From the NCBI RefSeq assembly GCF_000143415.4, contig NW_003314350.1:717060-781059 (forward strand): a stretch of 64,000 bases of DNA, written 5' to 3'. This stretch comes from Selaginella moellendorffii. Lineage: Eukaryota; Plantae; Lycopodiophyta. The translations under genes and the position numbers were made by a program. Below, piece after piece: positions 36,520-48,089 of the stretch. The notes under the pieces are model-generated. The model made no database searches, was not told the DNA's origin, and worked only from the letters and a program-made list of their open reading frames with translations. Within the stretch, counting starts at the first letter, position 1. Each line of letters begins with the position of its first letter.

Positions 36520-37790
36520 GGTAGGAGGTGCTGGAAAAACACTCCTGACAATGACCGCATTTCGATCCAGTTTTGTGGCTAACCATTCCTAAGATTATCA
36601 CAACTGCATGCAACATGGTTTGTATTTCCTCAGATGGAACCAAAGCAACACGAGCTTGCCAAACTAATCAGACTAGAAGGTCGGACCAGCAATGAAACGG
36701 TGCTTGCAGGGAAAAGGTGCTTGCTGGTGTTGGATAATGTCTGGAAATCCGGTCTGTTTGGTGTGGTGCAAGAGAATGGAAGCAAGATCTTTATTACCAG
36801 TCGAAAAACTGATGTGCTTGGCAGCAGAGGTGCAATCAAAACAGAGATGGGGCTCTTGGCAAAAGTTGTTCATAGTCCACGCATTCCCAAACCAAAAACT
36901 TGCTAGTTCAAGTAAGGTCATAGTCCCAATCTTGTGTGCCTGCCATTCTTCTGCCAATTACCTTCAGGAGCAGTGGAAGCCCCCCACACTTCACTCCACT
37001 ACTTTCTAAGCAAACTGTAAAAATCTGGCTTGTTAAGTCGCCTTGGACGTCGCACTTGAACGTCATGCACTTATCACTGAAGAAAAAGAGCTCTTCCTTT
37101 ACACACCCTGGAACAAATGCCCCTTGGAAGTGTTACCTCAAGGCTGAAAGGTCTCATACCAGGGAATGCCTTCAGTAACTACAACAAGATTTCACTCGAT
37201 GGGTGTAGAATTTCTGAAAATACCCTGCAGAACAAGGTCAGAGTTTCAAGCACCACGTGCTTGCTCTTGGATTATAGTCCCCATTGCACTCTAACTACAT
37301 TACGGTTTTGTGCCTAAGTAACACTGGGGTGGTAAGTTTGCCACGTAGCATTAGAGAGCTCAAAACTCTAAAGACTATGGATTTGACTTGGAACATAATA
37401 CTCCAATTTTCGAATGTTTCCCATGCTGACATTGTCAAACCTCTCCCTTGGGAATTGTGAAAAATTGATTGGGGTTCCTTGAAATCTCCTCTTCTTCTGC
37501 ATCTTGTTCGTTCCAAATCTAAAGACAATTTGCATAGGTTACTGTGACGGTGTGACCACCCTCAACATATACGAGTGCATTAGGGACGTGTTGAAGTCGT
37601 GAATTTTAGTTCAGTGGTAAGTTCCCCTTAAACAAACATTGCGTTATTCACCAGCTTCCAAAATGGTACACATCATTCACGAGCTCTGGAATTGAGTTAT
37701 CCAAAACTTTCCTTCAGTTGACTCCCCGTATGTTTGACTGTTTGTTGAACTTTGAAAATGTTTTCATGTCTAAAAGATTTGGAATATTGG
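36520..37790 (+). pseudogene. Heavily deleted NLR relic, paralog of 31043-34171, with an internal inversion
   Basis: ggaggtgctggaaaaacactcctg, LAGKRCLLVLDNVW, GSKIFITSRK; about 36917-37006 is the reverse complement of about 32145-32240. Confidence 0.88.
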
Positions 37791-37804
37791 CGCCACATCT
37801 CAGA

Positions 37805-39292
37805 CTAACGAAGCTTGGGAACAACGGGAAGTCCATCTTTCATGATCAGCGTCATGTTGATACCGTAGCAAGGCTCTTCTTTTCCCACCACCACAAGCTC
37901 AAACTTTGGTACCAGAGCCGCCACCACATACTTCATCTGTAGCATGGCCATCTCTTTGCCCAGACACACTCTCGGCCCGGCCTGAAACACCGGAAACTTG
38001 AATGGACTCACCTCGACGAACTGGCCATCCTGGATCCATCTCTCGGGCTTAAACTCGAGGCAGTCCTTCCCCCACAAGCTCTCCATCCTTCCCATAGCGT
38101 AGACGTGATACGATACCTTCATCCCCTTCTCCACACAATTACCATCCGGGAGAACGTCCGAGTTCTTCACGACCTTTGTGTCAATCGGTACTGGGGGATA
38201 GAGCCTCATTGATTCGCACAGAGCTGCTTGCAAGTAGACCATGTCCCGAAGCTCCTTGTAAGTGAATGGCCTGTTTGACCCTTTCGCGACTATACTCCCG
38301 ACTTCCCTGATGATTTCCTGCTGAACGCCTGGATGATTCGAGAGCAGCCAGAAGAACCACGAGAGTGACACCGCTGTTGTGTCCTTGCCGGCGAGCACGA
38401 AACTTATGATGATATCCCGCAAAAACTCGTCAGAGAAGCTCGTCGAGTCGAGTCCAATGAACCTCGAGAGCAAGTCCTGGTTGACCCTTCCTTTTTCTTC
38501 TCGCCGCTTCTGGACCACTGACACTGCAAACTCGTTCACCACATCCAGCACCTCCTTGAGTTCTCTTTCCGGTCCAACGTTGAGAGCTCGCATTAATTTC
38601 CACACCAGAGGATGGATCTTTTGGAAGCGCAGCGTGCTAAGCGTCGTTGCCTTGTCAAATGCCTGCGCGAACTTCACCTCCGGAAACGATGGATCCAAGC
38701 ACGCCGGATCAACACCGAAAGAGAGCTTGCAAATGTTGTCGAAGTTAAACCTCATGAACAAGTCCTGTAAGTCGATCTCCTTCCCATCCCGGGAAACACT
38801 GGCAAGAGTTGGCAGTAACCGGCTGTGAACTTCGTCCGCCAGGGAATCCATGAGGAACTCCCTCAGTGACCTCGTTGTGAACTCGAAGCTCGCAAGTTTC
38901 CTCTGAATCTTCCACAGCTCCCCGTCGACATTGAAAATACCATCTCCCAGCAAGTCGGTCAGGCTCTGCCTCAGGTGTTCTCCCTTGGGATAATTCTCGA
39001 AGTTGGTCTTCAAGATGTGCTCCACAGTTGCGGGATTGCCAGTGATTTTGAAAGTGCTGCCAAACCTCCCAGTGGTGAAAGTATTGGAGGGAGAGTTGAT
39101 CACATACTCTGTCGACCACTCGAGAAACCTGTGGCTGTTGCGAAGGAAGTCGAATACATTCCCAACGACTGGATAAAGTACTGGACCGCCTGTTCGTTGC
39201 GAGTCGGCTCTTGATTGAATCGTCCTCCGGACTATCCAGCCCACCGCTGCCGCAAGAACAAAGCTCAAGCTCCACAACATACCTTGGTTCAT
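37805..39292 (-). CDS. CYP94: Cytochrome P450, CYP86 clan, CYP94 family, intronless
   Basis: 495 aa; HILKTNFENYPKG, DLLGDGIFNVDG, AGKDT, ESMR, PERW, FQAGPRVCLG. Confidence 0.9.
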   Translation of the reverse strand: MNQGMLWSLSFVLAAAVGWIVRRTIQSRADSQRTGGPVLYPVVGNVFDFLRNSHRFLEWSTEYVINSPSNTFTTGRFGSTFKITGNPATVEHILKTNFENYPKGEHLRQSLTDLLGDGIFNVDGELWKIQRKLASFEFTTRSLREFLMDSLADEVHSRLLPTLASVSRDGKEIDLQDLFMRFNFDNICKLSFGVDPACLDPSFPEVKFAQAFDKATTLSTLRFQKIHPLVWKLMRALNVGPERELKEVLDVVNEFAVSVVQKRREEKGRVNQDLLSRFIGLDSTSFSDEFLRDIIISFVLAGKDTTAVSLSWFFWLLSNHPGVQQEIIREVGSIVAKGSNRPFTYKELRDMVYLQAALCESMRLYPPVPIDTKVVKNSDVLPDGNCVEKGMKVSYHVYAMGRMESLWGKDCLEFKPERWIQDGQFVEVSPFKFPVFQAGPRVCLGKEMAMLQMKYVVAALVPKFELVVVGKEEPCYGINMTLIMKDGLPVVPKLR

Positions 39293-39584
39293 GCTGAAAG
39301 CCCAGAAAAGGAGTGACGCATGTCAGTCGCCCTGACCAGTTGAAAACCCAAGTCACAAGGAAGAAACGCCAGCCAAAGAAAAAGATTCGAAGAAGCTACC
39401 TTGCCATACGATAAGAGACACGACAGTCATTTGAGACGGTGATAGAGGCTCGTACCAGTGGATCTGAAAGTCACCAAGTCAAGTCATTACAAAAGAAATC
39501 TAGATTTCTAGTACCTTGCTGAAGTTTGGAATGACCCATGTATTCTGTTGAGACCGCTCTTCTATTTCCTCCACCCGAAATTCA

Positions 39585-39900
39585 ATTTTGGTACCGGAGT
39601 TGCTTCATCGTCTTGACTCTCGGCTCAGCCAGAAACTTGAATGGACTCGCACTGATCCATCTCTCGGCCTTAAACTCGAGGCATTTCTTATCTTCTCCAT
39701 CCGGACGACTGTAGTATCATATGGGAGGATACAGCCTCACAAAGCTGCTTGCGAGTAGAGCTCGTCGTAAGAGAATTTACCTTCGCCAGTATACTCTGAT
39801 AATTTCTCACGGGTTGAAAGCACCCAGAAGAACCAGGAGCAGTTGTGTCCTTCCCGGCCAGCAAGAACTGATGACGATTAACTCGATTTTTGTCAGAGGT
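39585..39900 (-). pseudogene. Degenerate CYP94 tandem remnant
   Basis: Patchy match to 37905-38435 (gaaacttgaatggactc, gatccatctctcgg.cttaaactcgaggca, ccagaagaacca) with many microdeletions. Confidence 0.7.
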
Positions 39901-39969
39901 TCTATGTTCTATTTACTGAAAGAGGAAGTCGTTCAAATCAAGGAGTGAATTCTTAGAAACCGGAGTTGC

Positions 39970-41167
39970 TTACGTATGGTCAGGCTTCATGAACTTTGCG
40001 TGAACCCAGACTCGCTTCATAGGAACTTTAGTTTTGTGATTCACCAGCTTAATGCAGCAGTACTCCAGTTCAATCTGGAAAAAGAACAGACAGAATAATA
40101 ATAACAAGGAAACAAGCATCGTTTTACCTCGAGCAATCCAGCACCCGTAAAGAGATCACGCACGGCTTCGCACGAGAAGAAATACGACAAAGTACCATCG
40201 AGACGGCGATAGCAATTAGCAGCTACTTTTTGGTCTGCTGGAAATCTCAACATCGTCATGTCATACAAGCCTGTAGGCTTGCCACCGTGAGTCTTACTAT
40301 TTCACGGAGAAATAGCATACCATAATCTCGAAAGAGAAGCATTCCACCGGGTCGGAGTACAGAGCAACATTCTTTGAGAAGGTTGCTCATTTGATCCAGA
40401 TCTGCCAGCGCGGAAAGAGCGAAAATCTGAAAAGACAAATCAGTTTTAATTGCAAGACAATGTCAGGCTTACCAGCGTGATGAAATCTGCTCCTCCTTCG
40501 CAGCAGCTTACAAGGGAGCTCTTGATACCAAAGTCGGAGGCTCGACAGGCGTCACAAGCCAGCCACGCCGGAAGTGCCTCACAGGAAGGATCGCAAACAA
40601 AAGTCCGCAGCCTCGATTTTGCTTGCTCATTCAAAGCTTTCTCTCCCATCTTGTTTGTGAGGCTCACGGCAGCCTCACTGAGGTCGCAAGCATACACTCT
40701 AGCGGTTGTTGTTGCTCTAGAACAAAATACGTCCTTCAGTAAGAGGGAATAGCAAACAACATCAAACCTCAGGATCGGAATGGCCGAACTTCCAGCTCCA
40801 CATCCAACCTCCAGAACAGTGAAGTCTTGATTAGATCTTCCAAGCTCAGGGAACTCTTTGAGAAGATACCTACGCTCCTGCAATGTGGAAAGCCCGTAAG
40901 GCAACAGTGCAGTGCTGATGCTTACTTTAAAGAAGATGCCTTGAGAGTGTCGGCTGTGAAACTTCTCCCATGCCAAGGCTGCAGTACAGGCATGCTCGCT
41001 AGAAATCATCTTCTCTTCTACGCGAGCCAAATCCTAGTCAAAGAGAACAAGCCATTGATCAGTAAAAGGAAACAATATAATGTAAGCCCAACTTGTGCGC
41101 TCTCCACCTCTTCGCGCAGATCATTCCAATCAAAATCCTTGGAGTAGTACGCGACTTCTTCTTCCAT
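39970..41167 (-). CDS. METTL6: METTL6/Trm140-like tRNA m3C methyltransferase, multi-exon
   Basis: WEKFHSRHSQGIFFK|ERRYLLKEFPEL, LEVGCGAG, IFALSA, LRPGGMLLFRDYG, YRRLDGTLSYFF, MKRVWVHAKF. Confidence 0.88.
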
Positions 41168-41240
41168 GAGACCTAAAACGAGAGGCCAAATAAGAGTTGA
41201 ATTCAACCGTTAGTTAATGTTACAAAAAATATAGTTTTAG

Positions 41241-42889
41241 TCAATCGCTCCAATTGTCCTCGTCGGCTTGCACTTGAGCCGCAATAGTTCCAAGAGCTTC
41301 GTCCTGAAAGAAAAAATCGCATCCATATCTCCTGTTTTTCACCACAAAGATGCTGCGCTCACCTCGGAAACCGACTGCTTTGGAGACCAGACGAGTATTC
41401 TACGATCATTGCTTCCACTGTAGAGTTCCTGGGAGAAAAAAAAGCATAGCTTCTCGAGGAAACAGAGAGACGATATAATACCTGTGATTGACTGTGATAA
41501 GCACAGCAGTTTACAAGTTCATAGTGTCCTTTTAAGGTGGAAAGCAAGCGACCGCTCAACATATCGTACACCTTTCAAGTGAAAATAGAGAATTATTCCG
41601 AATAGGATAGGATACGTCGTACCTGTATCGAGGTTAGACATGGAACGAACACCAGTGGCTTGTCTCCAGAGACCTCAAGTTCGCACGTCAGATTTCCGTT
41701 TATGTTTGTTGCCTCGTAATTCACAAGAGTATTGCAGCCCCTTTCTATGTCCCATAGCTTGACTCTGGAATCACTGCCTGGCGCATTGTGTTCTTAAAAG
41801 TAAAGAAACAAAACAAACGAAGCCGTACCCGCACTAAGAAGGTAGTGTCCGTCGCGGCTTGTCTGGAGCGATGTCACTGTGCCATAGTGCGCCGTGGAAC
41901 GGTCCAGAGCCGAAGTCAAGCCTGGATGAACTCGTCCAGGAGTGGCATCCTTGGAAGTTTTCGCTGCTCTACTGATTTCAGTGGCTTCAAAAAAATAGAC
42001 AAAACAAAAGAGAACGAGAGGGAAACTATTACCTTCCTGAGAAGCAGAAGAACGATGCTGGTCAAGAACATAGAAGCAACCCGCACGTCTTATGTCCCAC
42101 AACCGGATCGCACCGTCACAACCTCCGGAAATTAAAATCCATTCGGAAGATGCAGACCATTTCACCGCCCAAACAGCATCTGCAAGTACAGGAAAGGTTT
42201 TGCAGGGACAAACACAATCTCGAATACCTCGGTGAGCGCTAAGGGTGTGGGTGAAAGCACCAGAAGATATATCGCAAAGCCTTATGCGATAGTCCTCCGT
42301 GCCTGTAGCTATAAGCATGTGAGTCGTAGAAACGGGTGACATGCTTACACCGAAAACCTTCCCTGGCATTTTGAATTGCATCAGCACCTACAAAAGAACG
42401 ATTCAGTGAATCAGAAACCAACAAAGAAAAGGTCTCCAACCTCGAGAGTGTTTGCATCCCAAACATTTATATGCTTGTCGAACGAGCCAGAGATAAAAAT
42501 TCCAGTGTCCACTGGATACCATCGAACTGATGAAACGGAGTACCTATGGGCTTTGTCAATAGAAAAGAGGGCTTCGTGCTTTTGAGAGTAAGGCTCCACC
42601 GTCGTTGGCTGTGATATGTCATAGACACTGATCGATCCATTTCCATTGCCAGCAAGCATATATCTAGCTTCCACGGGATCAATCTAGCACAAGATTTACA
42701 CAATAATTTTCAAACTGAAAATGAAAGAACCGATCCAAATACCTGCAAGCTGTTCACAGCGCCTCTGCCAGACGAAATCACATCCTTGGTCTTGCACAGC
42801 TCCAATGCGCGAGATCTCATCCGGCGAACAGAAGCAGCGTAGCGCCATGGCGGTGCCCCGAGCTCGCGCTCTCGAATACCACTCCACAT
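41241..42889 (-). CDS. CSA: WD40 protein CSA/ERCC8 (transcription-coupled NER, CUL4-DDB1 receptor)
   Basis: VEARYMLAG, HRYSVSSVRWYPVDTGIFISGSFD, HMLIATGTED, GCDGAIRLWDIRRAG, C-terminal DNWSD*. Confidence 0.92.
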
Positions 42890-43013
42890 TGGCGCCACAC
42901 CATAAACCCTAAAAGAAATTACGTGTTTTAAGACTTTTAAATTACAAATATAAAAAACGTTCCACGTGGCACAGTACCTGCCAGGTGGTATTCTGCGTGG
43001 TCCTGACGTGGCA

Positions 43014-43600
43014 CTATTGCAAGGTCTTGACGTAGTGATCCAATGCCATGTTAAACAATTCGCATCTGGAAGAACGATTGAGACGACCACAAGAGCGAGG
43101 GAGAAGAGATTTGGATCGACCTGAAAGGCTGGCCGGGAGAGTAGAGAGGATTCTTCACGACGTACTCGACGTAGATGTTGCTATAGATGTGCATCAAAGC
43201 CTCGCGGAGATCTCCAATCCTGGGATCTGTCAAGAGAATGATCTGCGAGAAGAAGACAAACTAAGCCTGGAGCTACAAGCGCGCATTACCTTGATCCCAG
43301 ACGCCGTCTCCATGAAATGTAGCTTGTAAGTGTTCGTCCGGAAGCTATAGAAGGAGCACGGCGGATTGTTCTCCTTCCCGGAGCTGAAAATCACCAAATT
43401 TTCACCAGATCTAGCGAGAATCCCCCTCACCTCACTGGATCGATCTTGGCCGTGAAGGAATTGAGCGAGAAGAGCATTCCAAACATGAGCTTTTGATCCT
43501 GCTGGGGACTCAGCGTCATCAGCGATCGCAGCCAGACGTGGTAGTGCAAGCACATGCCATTCCTGTTGAAAATGTAGAGGCATCGCATCCTCGGGGCCAT
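43014..43600 (-). CDS. BET5: TRAPP complex subunit TRAPPC1/BET5
   Basis: LYIFNRNGMCLHY..KLMFGMLFSL..FRTNTYKLHFMETASGIK..IYVEYVVKNPL. Confidence 0.92.
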
Positions 43601-43716
43601 GGCAAGCGCCATAGCGATCAAGAGCCCTAAATTTCGCTTTACTCTTCTCAAGAACCCTAAATATTGCGAAGAAAAAGAGAAGATTTTCCAGGTTAGGGTT
43701 TTCTATTTTGTCGACG

Positions 43717-44700
43717 ATGAATCACCTGGATCAGCCGAGAGTAGCCAAATTCCTTCGCGCCTACCTTCTAGCAAAGTATCTTCGCAATGACAATCTCCCC
43801 TGCGAGATCGAGCAGGTACATTGTCTCTGGCGCTTCCTCTCACGGATTTCTTCTCTTAGGGGCTCTATCTCGGATCGATCGGCGCAGCGTTCCACAAAGC
43901 AGCACTCCAGAATGTGCAAATCACTCACATTCTAACCATTGCCAACGCTCTCGAGATGCCTTTCACCCGGGATTTCAAGTATAAGCGTGTAGAAGGTATG
44001 AAGTAAAAGTTCTTCTCATAGTTTGCTTTGTTCTAGACTTGTTCTTTGTTCTTGCTAAGACCGCGAGTTCTCGTCTATCTCTTGCTCGATGATGTTCTTT
44101 CTTCTTGCTAAGAATGCAAGTTCCTGTCATATCTCTAGATTCCTCGTGGTTATCCCATGGTTCTCTGTGTTCTATGTTCTTTATATTGGTTTTCTTATGA
44201 TCTTGCTTTGGTTTTCTTACGTTTTGCTCGTGTTCCTTGTTTTTCCAGTACTGGACAGTGCCGACTCCAACTTAGCAAGCCATTTTGACGATTGCTTCGC
44301 GTTTATAGACGAAGCGAAAGCTTCCGGTGGAGCAGTTTTAGTACATTGTTTTGCCGGAAGATCTAGAAGGTTTGTAACTTTCGTTTTTTTCAGTCCAGGA
44401 AACTTACCCTTTTGTCGATCGATCTTGCAGTGTCACAGTGATCGTGGCTTACCTCATGAAATCTCACAGATGGAACCTCTCGCGAGCGCTGGAGCTCGTC
44501 AAGAGCAAGCGTCCGGAAGCGTCGCCCAATCCCGGATTTGTTCTCCAGCTCCAGCGATTCGAGCAGCAGCTCCGCTTGCATCCAGGCACTAGCATTTAAA
44601 TCTCTCCTCGCTCCTCCCCTTTTTCTCCTCGCAGTTCTCGGTGCTCCTGATCGAGTTTTTCTCGTTTTCCTTGGTTGCAGAAGCTCTTCGCGAGAGATGA
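43717..44700 (+). CDS. Dual-specificity protein phosphatase (DsPTP1/MKP2-like)
   Basis: CEIEQ|GLYLGSIGAA, VLVHCFAGRSR|SVTVIVAYLMK, PNPGF. Confidence 0.9.
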
Positions 44701-44882
44701 AAGTGTCTAAAGTTCCATAGAAAAGGACGATCCAAAGCTTTGTTCTACCACAAACACACAGACAATATAACAAAAGTTTTGATATACCGCTTTGATTAGC
44801 TAGGGTTTTTCCGCGCGAAGGCCGCGAATCGATCGCTAGCAGCGATTTCTCCATCGCCAGGGCTCCGGAATCGCGCAGCAGG

Positions 44883-47603
44883 ATGGACGATCGGCTCTTG
44901 TTTCACAGGGAGGATCTCGGCGATGGATTCCTGAGCGACATGGACGACGAAGTCGACATGGAGGAGATTCGGGAAGGGATGAAGCTTGTGCCGCTGCCCG
45001 ATATGTATCCCGACATAGATCGAGAGGCCCCTTTCTCCTCCTTGGATGATATTTTGAGATTACAGGTTCGTTCTCTCCGTCTCTAGCTAATGTAGCTCAC
45101 TCCAATCGCTCTCCAGGGCGCCGATGATCCATACAAATCCAACGAGGAAGATCAGTCCCATTCTGGCGAAGGTACTGTGATAGAAGTTATTTTTTCTTGG
45201 TGCCTTGTTCTCGAAAGTTCATACACTGTGTCATATCTTCTTGTTTCTTTTTCGCTTTAAGTTCTTACATTCTCTAGACTTTTCTTTTCTTTGGGCTGTC
45301 CGAGTTTCTTTGTGGATCGACCATTGGCATTGTTCTTCTTTCTTGTCGACGCTTAGCTAATTGTCTCAAGCTTTTTTTTTTTGTTCTTTGAATCTTCGTA
45401 GCTGCGAAGAAAGCTGCCAAGGTTGCTGCTCCTCATGTTCTCACTGGTGGTGTAGTCGCGGAGAGTGGCCCTCCGCCAGATTTTAGCCTCTGGACCGTGG
45501 AAGATGATCTTCTTCTTAGAAACGCAATGGAGGTAAAGTGAGTTGCTCGCGGTTTCAGCATGAAACAAACATGTCTTTACGTTGGGTTTCTTTCCATGTA
45601 GGCAGGCGCGGCCATGGAAGCTCTTGCCAGAGGTGCCATGCGATTCTCACGTCGTTACACAGTTCGAGAGCTCCGGGAGCGATGGAGAGCTCTTCTTTAC
45701 GATCCGGAGATCTCGTCCAAGGCGGCCATCCGGATGGTAGAGGCAGAAGCGTCGTTCTTGGAGTCCATGCGGCTCATGTTTCCCAACAAGCAAAAGCTCC
45801 AGGACTTCGTGCACAAGCGGCGGCAGAAGAGCGTCCGTGATACTTTCTACAAGAGAAAGAGAGGCTTGGCAGATGACAAAGGCGTGCTTGATGGCGTCGC
45901 CGACGGTGGAAGCCAGATCAACCTTGGAGAGAACGACTTGGACATGCTAGTTGATCCGGACGATCACGCTTTCTCTCAGATGGTCGATCTTCTTGCTACC
46001 GGAGGGATTGGAGCTGTCATTGGAGCTTTCCCTGGTGAATCTGAACTGGAAACGCAGCAGGATGCCAAGGACGAAGTCTCGCTTGAGAGTTCACTCAGCC
46101 CCGTGATGGTGGCAGCCCCGGAAAAATCATCTCAAACGAAGCTTGACGAACCAAATGGAGCTGCCGAAAATGACGTGACTGGAGATGCCAAGAAAGAGCT
46201 TCATGCAACCATTTCGGGTGAACGCATGCCTTCGTCTTCCAACTTGGACGTCAATGGCAATCCCGAGCCATACGTCATACTTTCGTCAGACGAAGAGGAA
46301 GACGACTATTTCCGGAAGCCGAAGAAATCACGCACAGATTCAGTCGTCCAGGAGAAGTTCGTCTGCTCCTTCAACACACAAGAGACAGAGATATCGGCCT
46401 TTGGAGCTATGTCCTCCCCTTCTTCCGAGCGCGTGCCTAGCTCACCGGAGGACGGCAGAGGCTGCACAAGTGATATGAGGTCTTCGGACTGTCTCGACAG
46501 AGCAGACGACGAGACGGCTGAAACCAGTGAAAAGCCGATCATCGAAGGCGGCAGCTACACAAGTTTTGCCTCAGGTAAACAATCTGTGTGGGTTATTGAA
46601 ATCCTTTTTTGGTTTTGTGTTGTTTTGTTTCGATTCTCTGCCTTGTTGTTTTCCCAGCAAACGTGAAGATAGAGCCCGGAACCGAGACGACAGGCGGGCT
46701 AGAAGTCGATTACTCGGCTCCAAAGGCGGGGACTTGCACAGACAACGAACTGGAAGTCACGACGGGCGTTCAAGAACTCCCTCCGGAAGTCGAAAGCGAC
46801 AATGAAATCGCTCGTTTCTCGGATGTTGAGACCATGGTAATTTCTAACTTGCATTAGAACACTCACACATTCTTCGTTATCTGTTCTACAGATACTAGAC
46901 ATGGACTTGGATCCAGGTGACAATGAACTCTCCGCAAGGGCAGGTAAAACTTTATCTGCAAGTACTTACATGGCTTGTGTGTGTATTACATAGAATCGAA
47001 GCGTTTCTATGGACAACATCAAATGACCATTCTAAGGTTGGAGCAGAGTGTAAACGCCGTGATGCAACGGTACCTCACTCGTAAAGGCGCCATTGCCATG
47101 CTCTACGGATACCACTTGAAGTATCTCATGGTGGCCAACGAGGTTTGCGAGAATGGCTGCTTTTCAGCTTCACGCTTGGCTCACACTTTGCATCCAAGGT
47201 TTCGATCGGTAGACGGACGCAAGGAAACGTCGTTGATGTCGATCTCGCACAGGAGGGCCCGGCAAACAGAGTTTCCAGAAAGCAGGTTTGTAGTTTCCAA
47301 GTTTCTGTCGCAGCTCTCACCATGGTTTTTTGTTTCAGGCAAGCATCAAGCTAAACGAAGATGGGATGTTCCATCTGAAAAACCTGGGAAAGAAGGTGTT
47401 GTACGTGAACGATGTTCTAGTTTTCACTGGCCAACGCGCGATCCTGAGCTCTAGCTGCCTAATCGAGGTCCTAAAATTTACCATCTGCGTGGAATGTTTT
47501 TACCTTTGGTTTTTCACAGGTGGGCGGCATGAGACTGGTTTTCGAGATGAACAGGAGGCTAACTCATCAGCGTGTAAAAGAAATGACCCAAGAAAGCTCG
47601 TAA
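44883..47603 (+). CDS. MCRS1: Microspherule protein 1-like (MCRS_N + FHA)
   Basis: WTVEDDLLLRNAME..FSRRYTVRELRERWRALLYDP; FHA region IGRRT..DVDLAQEGPANRVSRKQASIKL..LKNLGK. Confidence 0.87.
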
Positions 47604-47642
47604 CAAAAGTAGATTCGTTGGTAACTTGAATTAACTCATCAC

Positions 47643-48029
47643 CTAAAGGTGTATTTTTTTTCCTAGACAAAAATAAAATAAAATCGTGGAAAAATCTTTC
47701 AGGTTTACCTTTTTCGTTGAAAAAGGTAAGAAAGGTTTTCCTATTTTTCCTTTTGGCATTATATAATAGGAAAGGTTGGCCTGATTCCTGGAACGAGTGA
47801 TGTAGTAGGACTCCGCCCTGGTGCCCTGCTGGACCACGAACCCTTCCTCCACCGGCAGGGCTCCATCGGGGCAGCGCTTCACCGCGAGGCGGAGATTGAC
47901 GACCGGGAAGAGCTGATTGACGACGCGGCCCTGGTGCCGCGACATCTTGGCGCCCGGCGGGACCAAGATGGATACATCTTGATGATGCTGATCCTTATCA
48001 CATCGATATTTATCTTGAGCTTTGCCCAT
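47643..48029 (-). CDS. Hypothetical small protein
   Basis: 128-aa ORF whose central codons are strongly G/C-ending; no family recognised. Confidence 0.3.
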   Translation of the reverse strand: MGKAQDKYRCDKDQHHQDVSILVPPGAKMSRHQGRVVNQLFPVVNLRLAVKRCPDGALPVEEGFVVQQGTRAESYYITRSRNQANLSYYIMPKGKIGKPFLPFSTKKVNLKDFSTILFYFCLGKKIHL

Positions 48030-48089
48030 CGCCTCAGTAGCATAAGTAGGGGTATGAAGAGCGAAAGGATAGAAAAAGCATTGTGTGTA

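Noticed and set aside
11864-39292. Jasmonate gene cluster (JAZ + CYP94)
   Set aside because: They are 24 kb apart with unrelated sequence between; CYP94 substrate cannot be inferred from sequence
47934-48089. N-terminal hydrophobic extension of GME in the ORF track
   Set aside because: Starts at a non-ATG codon; GME homology begins at ATG 48090 and GME is cytosolic
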